A stretch of DNA of 32,486 nt from Pedosphaera sp. (GTDB taxonomy: Bacteria > Verrucomicrobiota > Verrucomicrobiia > Limisphaerales > SIBH01): contig JANOQV010000281.1 in NCBI GenBank assembly GCA_031414955.1, forward strand, positions 1 to 32,486, given 5' to 3'. Positions 23,177 to 32,486 of the stretch are shown here, piece by piece (the stretch's first letter is position 1; every line of letters starts with the position of its first letter). The notes beneath the pieces were generated by a model. That model was not told the DNA's origin. It did no database searches and saw only the letters and a program-made list of their open reading frames with translations. The translations under genes and the position numbers were made by a program.

Positions 23177-24549
23177 TACGCCAGGCTTTCGCTCACGCGT
23201 TCCAGACCGGTCACGCGCGAAGCTTTGAGCAAAATCACGTCGCCCTCGCGGGCCATTTCCTTCAACGCCGCCATCGCTTCCGTCACATCGCGGCATTCGG
23301 TCACGTCCGCGAGTCCGGCTTCACGCGCCGCTTGAGCCGTGAGGCCAGCCATCTTGCCGACGGTGACAAGCCGCAGAGTTCCGAGTTCGGCGGCCTTACG
23401 GCCAACCTCAACATGGGCGGCTTGGGTGTGCTGGCCAAGCTCTGCCATGTCGCCGAGCACGGCGATGCGCCGGCCCGAGCACGGAAATTCGTTCAGCGTC
23501 TCGAGCGCGGCCAGCATCGAGTCGGCGTTGGCGTTGTAGGCGTCATTGAGAATGTGCAGGCCGTGCGCCTCGGAAACCTGGAGCCGCATCTTCGGCGGCG
23601 GACAGGAGAGAAGGCCGCGGCGAATTTCCTCCGCGCTCAATCTCAAATCCGCTCCGACGGCGATGGCCAGCGTTGCGTTGGTGACTTGATGGCGGCCAAG
23701 AAGATTAACCCGGTACTCGCCGGTGAACGCGGCCTGGGGCGCGGTGAGTTGGAAACTCACGCCGCGTTCGTCGGTGCGCGTCGCGCCAATGCTCCAGTCG
23801 TTCTTGTCTCCGAAACCGATCCGCACGACGGAGCCACGGCAGCGCCGGGCGATCTCCTCCGCGCGAACCGTGTCGCCGTTGATGAAAAGTTTTCCCGAGG
23901 CAGGAAGCAATTCAGCCAGCCAGCCTTCCTCCGCCACCACGCCATCGAGATCGCCGAAAAACTCCAGATGCTCGCGGCCAATGCTGGTGATGACGCCGAT
24001 CTGCGGCTGAATCATCGCGACGAGTGGCGCGAGTTCGCCGGGATGATTGGTGCCGACCTCGAGCACAGCGGCTTGGTGATGCGACTCCAACCGCAGCAAG
24101 GTGAGAGGCACGCCGATGTCGTTGTTGAAACTCGCCTCGCTCCAGAGCGTGGAAAGTTTCTCGCGCAGCACGGAGGCAATCAGATCCTTCGTGGTCGTCT
24201 TGCCGTTGGAACCACCGACGGCAATGGCGGGCAGCTTGAAATCGTGGCGATACTCGGCGGCCAGCCGGGCCAGTGCGCGACGGGTGTCTTCCACGGCGAT
24301 GATCGCGCAGGACAAGGGCGGGACGGGCAGCCGGGGCCGGTTCACGACCACGGCGGCGGCGTCTCTACCCATTGCCTCCTTGAGAAAGTCATGCCCGTCG
24401 AAACGGTCCCCGCTGAGCGCGAAATAGATGTCCCCGGCACCGACCGTGCGCGAATCCGTCGAGACGCGCTGCACCATCACGTCGGCGCCACCGGTGAGTT
24501 GCTCCCCCGCGCACGCCCTGGCGATGTAGTTCAAACTTCTTGGATCCAT
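23176..24549 (-). CDS. murF: UDP-N-acetylmuramoyl-tripeptide--D-alanyl-D-alanine ligase
   Basis: STDSR, FDGHDF, GSNGKTTTK, NNDIGVP, NDAYNAN, LGDMAELG, KASR. Start 24549 (alternative 24561). Confidence 0.95.
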   Translation of the reverse strand: MDPRSLNYIARACAGEQLTGGADVMVQRVSTDSRTVGAGDIYFALSGDRFDGHDFLKEAMGRDAAAVVVNRPRLPVPPLSCAIIAVEDTRRALARLAAEYRHDFKLPAIAVGGSNGKTTTKDLIASVLREKLSTLWSEASFNNDIGVPLTLLRLESHHQAAVLEVGTNHPGELAPLVAMIQPQIGVITSIGREHLEFFGDLDGVVAEEGWLAELLPASGKLFINGDTVRAEEIARRCRGSVVRIGFGDKNDWSIGATRTDERGVSFQLTAPQAAFTGEYRVNLLGRHQVTNATLAIAVGADLRLSAEEIRRGLLSCPPPKMRLQVSEAHGLHILNDAYNANADSMLAALETLNEFPCSGRRIAVLGDMAELGQHTQAAHVEVGRKAAELGTLRLVTVGKMAGLTAQAAREAGLADVTECRDVTEAMAALKEMAREGDVILLKASRVTGLERVSESLA

Positions 24550-24574
24550 GCTGGTGAACATGATCAGTCGGCGC

Positions 24575-26062
24575 TCATCGACCGCCTCCGCGTTTCAAGT
24601 TTTCCAGCGCCTCGCGCGCATGGTCCCGGTCGTCAAACGGCACCACCGTGTCTTCAAATTCCTGATACGTCTCATGCCCCTTGCCCGCCAGCAGAACAGT
24701 GTCGCCGGGCTTCGCCATCGCGATGATTTCCGTGATGGCACGCTGGCGATCCAATTCAACCGAGTAGTCCTGCTGCTTGACCGAGCGAAAGCCTTCTTCG
24801 ATTTGCGCGGCGATCGTCGCCGGGGATTCCTTGCGCGGGTTGTCGCTGGTGATGATGGTGAAGTCCGCCAATTCCGCTGCGACCCGGCCCATCTTCGCCC
24901 GCTTGCCCGTGTCGCGACTGCCCCCGCAGCCGAAGAGCAGCAGCAACCGCCCGCCCGTCACTTCGCGCAACGTGGTCAGGACGTTTTGCAGTGCGTCGTC
25001 GGTGTGCGCGTAATCCACGAACACGGCGAAGGACTGGCCGGACGAAACGCTTTCCAGCCGGCCCGGCACCGGCTTCATGTGGTTGAGTGCGGACTGGATC
25101 TTCGCCGGCTCCACCTCGAGCGCGCTGGCTGCGCCCGCCGCCGCCAGCGCGTTGTAAATGTTGTGCCGGCCAATCAATGGCAGCTTGCAGGCGAAAGTTT
25201 TCTTCGGCGTCTCCAGGGTGAAGCTCGACGCGTCGGCGGCCAGTTGAATCTTCGTCGCGCGGATGTTCGCTGCGCCGCGAATGCCGTAGGTCAGCTTCAC
25301 CGCCGCGTCGGATTGCTCGATGAGTTGCGCCCCGCGCGCGTCGTCGATGTTGATCACCACGGTGCCCTTTTTCGATCCGTTGGCGCTCTTGGTGAACAGC
25401 TTCTGCTTGGCCACGAGGTAATTCTCCATCGTGCCGTGGTAGTCGAGGTGGTCCTGGGTCAGGTTCGTGTAGATGGCGATGTCGAACTCGATGCCGGCGA
25501 CGCGCTTTTGATCGAGCGCGTGCGAACTGACTTCCATCACGCAGGCCTGGCAGCCGGCGGCGACCATCTGCGCCATCATCTGCTGCACTTCGAGCGACTC
25601 AGGCGTGGTGCGGTGGGCGGGGATGACACGATCGCCGATCTCGTAGCGCACCGTTCCGAGCAGGCCGGTCTTGAATCCGGCGGCTTCCAACACCTCCTTG
25701 ATCATGAAGGCCACGGTGGTTTTGCCGTTGGTTCCCGTGACCCCGATGACTTGCAGTTTGGCGCTGGGATGCTGGTAGAAGGAAGCCGCCGTCCGGGCCA
25801 GGGCTTCACGGACGTCGGAAACTTTGATCTTCGTGGCGCGCGGCGAGCTGAAGCCGTTCTTCTCGCAAATGATCGCGGCCGCGCCACGGTCGATCGCGCT
25901 GTTGATGAACTCATGCCCATCCGAGATGGCACCGGGAATGGCGACAAAGACCATGCCGGGTGTGACGCGCCGCGAGTCATAGGTGAGGCCCGTGATCTCC
26001 CGGTCCAGCGAGCCTTCGACCCGCAGGAGGGGCACTTGTTTCACGAGTTCCTTCAGTTGCAT
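24575..26062 (-). CDS. murE: UDP-N-acetylmuramoyl-L-alanyl-D-glutamate--meso-diaminopimelate ligase
   Basis: YDSRRV, TGTNGKTT, TTPES, MEVSSH, DHLDYH, DYAHT, the DNPR meso-DAP specificity motif, AGKGHE. Confidence 0.96.
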   Translation of the reverse strand: MQLKELVKQVPLLRVEGSLDREITGLTYDSRRVTPGMVFVAIPGAISDGHEFINSAIDRGAAAIICEKNGFSSPRATKIKVSDVREALARTAASFYQHPSAKLQVIGVTGTNGKTTVAFMIKEVLEAAGFKTGLLGTVRYEIGDRVIPAHRTTPESLEVQQMMAQMVAAGCQACVMEVSSHALDQKRVAGIEFDIAIYTNLTQDHLDYHGTMENYLVAKQKLFTKSANGSKKGTVVINIDDARGAQLIEQSDAAVKLTYGIRGAANIRATKIQLAADASSFTLETPKKTFACKLPLIGRHNIYNALAAAGAASALEVEPAKIQSALNHMKPVPGRLESVSSGQSFAVFVDYAHTDDALQNVLTTLREVTGGRLLLLFGCGGSRDTGKRAKMGRVAAELADFTIITSDNPRKESPATIAAQIEEGFRSVKQQDYSVELDRQRAITEIIAMAKPGDTVLLAGKGHETYQEFEDTVVPFDDRDHAREALENLKRGGGR

Positions 26063-26072
26063 CGGATCAAAA

Positions 26073-27962
26073 TCAGTTGTTGGCCTGCGCGACCCCGGCG
26101 CGGTCGGACGCGGAAGTTCCCGTCAACTCACCGGGCGGTTCCGGCTGAATGTCCGGCTTCACGTTGAGGAAATTCGCCACGCGCTCGGCGATGCGCTTGA
26201 ACACCGGCGCGGCCACCAATCCGCCGTAATAGCTGCCCTTCGGCTCGTCCAGCACCACGGAGATGCACAGCTCGGGATTGTCCGCCGGGAAAAACCCGAT
26301 GAAGGACGAGAAGTATTTGTGATTGGTGTAGGGCGGCTTCTGTGCCGTGCCGGTCTTGCCCGCCACGGTGTAGTGCTCCAGAGCCGCCTTTGGTGCCGTG
26401 CCGTTCTTGGCCGCCACCGTCTTCAGCGCCGTGACCATGTCCTCGGCGGATTTTTCACGAATAACCTGCCGGACCATCTGCGGCTGATAGCGCGTGACCA
26501 CCTTGCCCTTCTCGTCTTCGAGACGGTCCACCAGCATCGGGCGCATGAGCTTGCCACGATTGGCCACGGCGCTCATGGCCATGACCATCTGGATCGGCGT
26601 GGCGGTCATTTCGTGGCCCATGGGAATGCGCGAGATGGAAAGTTTGTTCCAATCCTTGAGCGGATGCACCACGCCGCGGACTTCCCCGCGCAGCGGGACG
26701 CCGGTGCGATGGTTGAACCCGAAACCCAGGATGTAATCATGGAGCCGCTGCTCGCCCATTCGGATGCCGACCTTGGCCGCGCCGATGTTCGAGGACTTGG
26801 TGATGATCTCTTCCAATGAAATCACCCCGTAGTGCTCGTGGTCATGCAGGATTCTGCCGGCGAAACGAAAGACGCCGTTCTCACAATCGTAGCGGTCAGA
26901 AAGGCGGGTCACGCCCTCGCTCAAAGCGCCGGAGACCACCACGATCTTGAAAGTGGAACCCGGCTCGGCCGTGTCGGTGATGACGCGGTTGCGCCGGGCA
27001 TCCGCCGACGCACGCCAGTATTGATTGGGATTGAACGTCGGCAAAGTGGCCATGGCCAGGACTTCGCCCGTGCGTGGACGGACCACGACGGAGGAGACGG
27101 AGATGGGGGAGCATTTTGCCATCGCCTCGGCCAGTTCCTCCTCGACGATCTGTTGCACGCGCGCGTCGATGGTCAGCACGACGTTGAGACCTGGACGCGA
27201 CTCGACGTCCTGCTCGCGGAAGACGAACAGTTCGCGGCGGCGGATGTCTGTCTCGGTCTTCACCCAGCCTCGGCTGCCGCGCAGCTTTTCATCGAACGTG
27301 AACTCGATGCCTTCCATGCCCGCCGAAACCCAGTTGGTCTCGCCGGCCCACAGGACGGGGGCCATGCCAGTAAAGCCGAGCACATGCGCGGCCACTTGGG
27401 CGTTCGGGTAGGTGCGGATTTGATCCTCTTCGGTGTAAATGGAACGAGTCCAGAGCAGTTGCAGTTCGCGTAGCTCCTTCTTGGTCTGTTTCCCCGCCAG
27501 CACCACGCTGGCGTATTGGTTGGTCAGTGCATCGAGGGTCTTTTCCCAGTCCTCGAGGGGAAACTTGTTCTTGAGCAGGACGAAATGGTTGGGCAGCACC
27601 AGCCCCTCGCTGTTGGTCCGCTTCTGGCGGCGAAAGGCATTGAGCAGGACGGTCTCGTTGGTCTTGAGCAACGGCGCGAGAAACTTGGCCATCTCCGCCT
27701 CGTGGCCTTTGAGCAGGGCGGGATCAGCGCAGACACGTTTGACCGGGACGCTGGTGGCGAGGAGTTGGCCGCGCCGGTCGCGGATGTCGCCGCGCTGCGG
27801 CTCACGGTAGTACTCGTGCTGATGCTGTCGCTCGGCGGCGGCGCGAAACTCCTCGTGGCGCGCCCATTGCAGATCGATCAGCCGGCAGCCGAGTCCCGCG
27901 AAGCTGACGCAGAGGATGATTGTCAAAACAATCAGCCGCCGGCGGTTTTTTGAGGCTTCCAT
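26073..27962 (-). CDS. ftsI: Class B penicillin-binding protein (FtsI/PBP3)
   Basis: ATG at 27962 preceded by AGGAG. N-terminal TM, RGDIRDR, SxxK (STFK), SxN (SSN), KTG. Confidence 0.93.
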   Translation of the reverse strand: MEASKNRRRLIVLTIILCVSFAGLGCRLIDLQWARHEEFRAAAERQHQHEYYREPQRGDIRDRRGQLLATSVPVKRVCADPALLKGHEAEMAKFLAPLLKTNETVLLNAFRRQKRTNSEGLVLPNHFVLLKNKFPLEDWEKTLDALTNQYASVVLAGKQTKKELRELQLLWTRSIYTEEDQIRTYPNAQVAAHVLGFTGMAPVLWAGETNWVSAGMEGIEFTFDEKLRGSRGWVKTETDIRRRELFVFREQDVESRPGLNVVLTIDARVQQIVEEELAEAMAKCSPISVSSVVVRPRTGEVLAMATLPTFNPNQYWRASADARRNRVITDTAEPGSTFKIVVVSGALSEGVTRLSDRYDCENGVFRFAGRILHDHEHYGVISLEEIITKSSNIGAAKVGIRMGEQRLHDYILGFGFNHRTGVPLRGEVRGVVHPLKDWNKLSISRIPMGHEMTATPIQMVMAMSAVANRGKLMRPMLVDRLEDEKGKVVTRYQPQMVRQVIREKSAEDMVTALKTVAAKNGTAPKAALEHYTVAGKTGTAQKPPYTNHKYFSSFIGFFPADNPELCISVVLDEPKGSYYGGLVAAPVFKRIAERVANFLNVKPDIQPEPPGELTGTSASDRAGVAQANN

Positions 27963-27977
27963 GGAACTCCTGAAAAT

Positions 27978-28037
27978 TTTGCCCACCGCCCGGTGCCGAT
28001 CGGTTCCTCTCCGACGGCGTCACCGGGCGGCGGCAAA
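27978..28037. other. Intergenic stem-loop between ftsL-like and ftsI
   Basis: Perfect 10-bp core CCGCCCGGTG (27986-27995) / CACCGGGCGG (28021-28030), outer TTTGCC/GGCAAA, inner TCGG/CCGA. Confidence 0.6.
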
Positions 28038-28418
28038 TCACTGAAGTGCGCGGCGGCCAGCCTGCATCTCGGCGAAGAGCGGCTGGCTCTTCGGGGCGGC
28101 GGCGGCGGCGGGCACTTCGACAATCGTCAAAATCTGGGCTTGAACAGGCGGGGCCAAGTCGAGCTTCAACTGCTTGACTCGTTGCTCAAGGTAATAGGTT
28201 GATTGAAGGGTGAGCAGCGTCTGTTGCAGCTTGATGTTGCTGGCGCGCAATTGCGCCCAGTGCTGCTCGCGCTTCTGCATCTGTCGGCCCAGCTCAATGA
28301 TTTGATTCTTCTGGAACACGTAGCCGATGGCCGAGCCACCAATCAGCACGCAGATGAGCACAGCCTTCATGGCCGGCACAAAGCGGACGGTCGATACGTT
28401 TTTTCGGTTCCTGCCCAT
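28038..28418 (-). CDS. ftsL: Putative cell division protein FtsL
   Basis: 126 aa with a short basic N-terminus, one TM helix and a leucine-zipper-like coiled coil. Syntenic position between rsmH and ftsI. Confidence 0.7.
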   Translation of the reverse strand: MGRNRKNVSTVRFVPAMKAVLICVLIGGSAIGYVFQKNQIIELGRQMQKREQHWAQLRASNIKLQQTLLTLQSTYYLEQRVKQLKLDLAPPVQAQILTIVEVPAAAAAPKSQPLFAEMQAGRRALQ

Positions 28419-29348
28419 CTAAATTTTCTCCAACACTCTTAACTGCGCACTGCGGGATCGAGGGTTCCGCTCCTGCTCTTCAGCACTGGGCTGAATGGCC
28501 TTGCGTTGCACCCATCGCATTTCCGGGACGCGCGGCTTTCTCAATTCCGGGACATCCACCTCTCCTGGAAAGGTGTAGTCCCGCGTGCGTTCGTTTCCCC
28601 AAGATTTCACCAGCCGGTCTTCCAGAGATTGGAAAGTAATCACCGCCAATCTGCCGCCCGGCTTCAGCACCACCGCCGCCTCATCTAATCCGCGGGCGAG
28701 CGAGCCTAGCTCGTTGTTCACCGCCATCCGCAGCGCCTGAAAAACTTGCGTCGCCGGGTGCGTTCGCTTTCCGTGTCGCGGCGCGAGCCGCTCGATCAAG
28801 TCCGCCAGTTCCTTCGTCGTCGTGAAAGGCCGTGCCGCGCGCTGCGCGGCAATTTCCCGCGCGAACCTCCGCGACAGCCGCTCTTCACCCAGCTTCCAGA
28901 ACACGTCCGCCAACTCCCGCTCGTCCGATCCATTCACCAGATCCGCAGCCGTGACCGGCTGGCGCTGATCCATGCGCATGTCGAGCGGGCCGTCGTTTTG
29001 AAAACTAAATCCCCGCTCGGCCCAATCGAGCTGCGGCGAACTCACGCCCAGATCGAGCAAAACACCATCGCAACTCCCTGGCCCCCGCCACTCGGCCATC
29101 TCGGAGTAATTGCCGCGCTTCAACTCCACGCGATCCCTGAACTCCGCCAGCCTGCTCCGCGCGGCCTCAATCGCCGCCTCGTCGCGGTCCATTCCAAACA
29201 ACCGGCCCTCCGGCGCGCTGGCCCGCAAAATCGCCGCCGAATGCCCCCCACCTCCTAGCGTCCCATCTAAAAACTTGCCGCCCGACCGCGGCTGAAGTGC
29301 CTCCAGCACTTCGGACAACATCACCGGCTTATGGTCGAACGTCGGCAC
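28419..29348 (-). CDS. rsmH: 16S rRNA m4C1402 methyltransferase
   Basis: GTG start. HKPVM, DGTLGGGGHS, DLGVSSPQLD, RGFSF, PLDMRMD, FQALRMAVNNEL, NPRSRSA. Confidence 0.96.
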   Translation of the reverse strand: MPTFDHKPVMLSEVLEALQPRSGGKFLDGTLGGGGHSAAILRASAPEGRLFGMDRDEAAIEAARSRLAEFRDRVELKRGNYSEMAEWRGPGSCDGVLLDLGVSSPQLDWAERGFSFQNDGPLDMRMDQRQPVTAADLVNGSDERELADVFWKLGEERLSRRFAREIAAQRAARPFTTTKELADLIERLAPRHGKRTHPATQVFQALRMAVNNELGSLARGLDEAAVVLKPGGRLAVITFQSLEDRLVKSWGNERTRDYTFPGEVDVPELRKPRVPEMRWVQRKAIQPSAEEQERNPRSRSAQLRVLEKI

Positions 29349-29357
29349 ACAGGCTCT

Positions 29358-29885
29358 TCACTGAATCCGCGCGCGGGCCACTTTGCTGACCAGCCGCGCG
29401 AACCAGGACGGGCGTTTCGCTTCCGTGCCTGGGGTCGGTGCCGCGAAGACATTCGCCTTCGCCGACGCTGCTTTGGCCGGCTGGCTTGCTTCCACCAGTT
29501 CCAAATCCGAATCGCTCAGGTCGTTGCGGACCACCTTCACCTTGTCCAACGACAGCTCGCCTTGAAGCTCCCCGCGCGGGGTCGGCCGGACCGACGACCG
29601 GAACGGGTTCTTCTTGTAGGTCAACCGCGCCAACAGGAATGCGTTGGACCGCTCCTTCGCCGATGCTTCTCCTGCGTCTGTATTCATGGCCTTTGCTTCA
29701 CTTGTTGTTTCCTGCTCTTCCATCGCCTCAAAATCCTCGCCCGCCGAATTCCCCTCCCGCCCCACTGGTGCCCCACTGTCCAAACCGAAAGTCGGCATGG
29801 CACCCGTCAGCAACTTGTAGCGGTGCCCCGTGTCCCGCAGTTGTCGCAAGCTCCGCCCCACCGTCAGCAATTTCACCAGTCCCAT
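29358..29885 (-). CDS. Hypothetical protein within the dcw cluster
   Basis: 175 aa, tightly packed (1 nt after the mraZ stop, 9 nt before rsmH). Mostly low-complexity, with a motif-like block QGELSLDKVKVVRNDLSDSDLELV. Confidence 0.75.
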   Translation of the reverse strand: MGLVKLLTVGRSLRQLRDTGHRYKLLTGAMPTFGLDSGAPVGREGNSAGEDFEAMEEQETTSEAKAMNTDAGEASAKERSNAFLLARLTYKKNPFRSSVRPTPRGELQGELSLDKVKVVRNDLSDSDLELVEASQPAKAASAKANVFAAPTPGTEAKRPSWFARLVSKVARARIQ

Positions 29886-29886
29886 G

Positions 29887-30345
29887 TTAAATCAGGCTGA
29901 ACGCATCCGGCGCCAGCGCCTCCACCCCCGCGCGCGACCCCTCATAACGCTCTGGGTTCCAAATCTGAAACCGGTCAAACATGCCGTTCAAAACCGCCTT
30001 GTCCGAGATTCCCGTCGCCGCCGTCATGGTGTCTGGAAGGCACATCCGCCCAGCTTTATCCAAGGTCACACTGTCTGACTTTTCGCCCAAAATCCTGCGC
30101 AAAGCCTCGGCTTTGCGATCGGCGAACGGCATCGCCCGAATCTTCGCCTTCAGCTCACTGAACGCCACCGGCGGCAGAACGAGCACACACGAGTCCGGTT
30201 GGCCGTTGTGCGGCCAGAGGATCAGTGCGAACTCTGTCCCCTCTTCCGCCGGCCGCCATTTGGCCGGGATTTGCACACGGCGCTTCTCATCCACGCCGAA
30301 GCGGTAGAGCGATTGGTAAACCGGCTCATTGGATTCAATTGGCAT
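29887..30345 (-). CDS. mraZ: Transcriptional regulator MraZ
   Basis: Duplicated SpoVT/AbrB motifs VDEKRRVQIPAKWR and LDKAGRMCLP, plus FQIWNPE. First gene of the dcw cluster. Confidence 0.9.
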   Translation of the reverse strand: MPIESNEPVYQSLYRFGVDEKRRVQIPAKWRPAEEGTEFALILWPHNGQPDSCVLVLPPVAFSELKAKIRAMPFADRKAEALRRILGEKSDSVTLDKAGRMCLPDTMTAATGISDKAVLNGMFDRFQIWNPERYEGSRAGVEALAPDAFSLI

Positions 30346-30382
30346 TCGTGCATTGCAACCGTGACAGCGGCCCCCTCACTCA

Positions 30383-30445
30383 TCCCATCCCAACACCGCT
30401 CCCACACAACGCCACACTTTGTATTACCATCGCCCCACCCGTCAA
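30383..30445 (-). promoter_or_regulatory. dcw promoter region with candidate MraZ-binding repeats
   Basis: Minus strand TTGACG at 30445-30440. GTGTGG repeated at 10-bp spacing (30417, 30407), plus further TGGGA copies. These resemble known MraZ boxes (TGGG/GTGG repeats with about 10-bp period). The -10 element is unclear. Confidence 0.55.
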
Positions 30446-30483
30446 CCGTGAAAATGCACTTTTAAGCTCAAACTATTGAAAAG

Positions 30484-30492
30484 TTATTCACA
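30484..30492 (+). promoter_or_regulatory. DnaA box
   Basis: TTATTCACA matches the consensus TT(A/T)TNCACA, in an AT-rich stretch between the divergent mraZ and queA genes. Confidence 0.55.
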
Positions 30493-30521
30493 CTGCGGAT
30501 TTCACCGGGAATAGTCTGCGG

Positions 30522-31594
<1,073 letters not shown>

Positions 31595-31598
<4 letters not shown>

Positions 31599-32335
31599 GT
31601 TCAAGGTCCACGGCTCCCAGCGCAAGGCAGGAAGCGAAGTTGCTTCCTTTCGTCTCCCTTAACGCCGCCGCCACCGCCGACGGCAAACTTGCGCCTGCCC
31701 ATCGGCACTTCGTGCCCTTCAGCAGCCGGCGAGACCACGCGCTGCTCCACGAACTGCGCGCCCGGGCGGACGCCGTGATGGCCGGCGCGCGCACCGTTGA
31801 TTCCTCCGCAGTGACGATGGGGCCAGGCGGGAAAAAGTATCGTGACCTGCGCCTCAAGAACGGACTCGCAGAATGCAACCTGCGCATCATCGTCAGCGGC
31901 GCGGGCTCGGTGAATCCGCGCGCGGAAATCTTCCGACACACCTTCTCACCCATCATCATCCTGACCACCGAGCGGGCACCGCTTCCACAAATACGCCGGC
32001 TGCAAAAGCTCGGCGCCATCGTCCATCTCTGCGGCGAGCGAGAGATCGATTTTTCCTCCACATTGCGCTGGCTGCGCCGCGAATGGCAGGTGCGGCACTT
32101 GCTCTGCGAAGGCGGCGGCGAGATCAACGCCGCGCTGCTCCAAGAGAAACTCGTCAATGAAATCCACCTCACCCTCTGCCCGAAGATCTTCGGTGGCCGC
32201 ACCGCGCCAACCCTCGCCGATGGCACCGGCCGCCAACACCTCGCTGACGCCACGCGCTTGCAACTCAAATCCTCCCGCAGAGTGGGCGACGAAATGTTTC
32301 TCACCTACTCGGTGCCACCCGGGCGCCACGACTGA
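31595..32335 (+). CDS. RibD C-terminal-domain (DHFR-fold) pyrimidine reductase family protein
   Basis: PFVSLNAAATADGKL, LRARADAVMAGARTV, LLCEGGGEIN, PKIFGG. No deaminase domain. ATGA overlap with queA. Confidence 0.88.
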
Positions 32336-32348
32336 CTTCAGATCTCAC

Positions 32349-32486
32349 GGGTGCATCCGTACACCGTTCTTAATTAGGCGGGTTGCCAGAGTTGATCCCA
32401 ATGGTGGTTGCGGCGGGCTTCGTCGAGGGCGAGCAGAGCGCGCAAGCCGGGCCGCGTCCAAAATTGTCCGGCCCGCTTGAAGCGGC
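32349..32486 (-). mobile_element. End of an insertion sequence (ISKra4/UPF0236-like), truncated by the window edge
   Basis: Minus-strand frame 32484-32374 reads RFKRAGQFWTRPGLRALLALDEARRNHHWDQLWQPA*, resembling the RxKxxGxxW C-terminus of these DDE transposases. A GGGTGCATCC putative terminal repeat begins 25 nt beyond the stop. Confidence 0.65.

Noticed and set aside
30440..30521. Replication origin at the DnaA box
   Set aside because: Only one clear box in a short intergenic region, with no box cluster, extended unwinding element or dnaA/dnaN nearby.

Overview
GC-rich bacterial chromosome segment, most likely Verrucomicrobiota. This is inferred from the MurC-MurB fusion, a LysM gene between murD and ftsW, retained ftsZ and a DUF1549/DUF1553 protein. 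The core is a complete minus-strand division/cell-wall (dcw) cluster: mraZ, a hypothetical gene, rsmH, ftsL-like, ftsI, murE, murF, mraY, murD, LysM, ftsW, murG, murC-murB fusion, ddl, ftsQ, ftsA, ftsZ. It is followed in the same orientation by an uncharacterised module of ABC ATPase, permease, helical membrane-anchored protein and lipoprotein. The left end holds argF, the DUF1549/DUF1553 gene, two small accessory genes (one a 53-aa membrane peptide absent from the ORF track) and a VapBC toxin-antitoxin pair. The right end holds queA, a RibD-C reductase and the 3' end of an ISKra4/UPF0236-like IS. The most notable non-standard signals are three. (1) At least six unrelated families of gene-less palindromic or periodic repeats sit at gene junctions, and related material occurs in-frame at three places in the MurC-MurB gene. 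(2) A QG-x-L-x-L-[ED]-x-V-x3-R motif, resembling a hexameric beta-clamp-binding motif, is shared by the FtsZ tail and the orphan protein between mraZ and rsmH; there is also a DnaA box at the dcw promoter. (3) The LysM gene is bracketed by strong hairpins. All family assignments come from motif recognition by eye; no searches were run.
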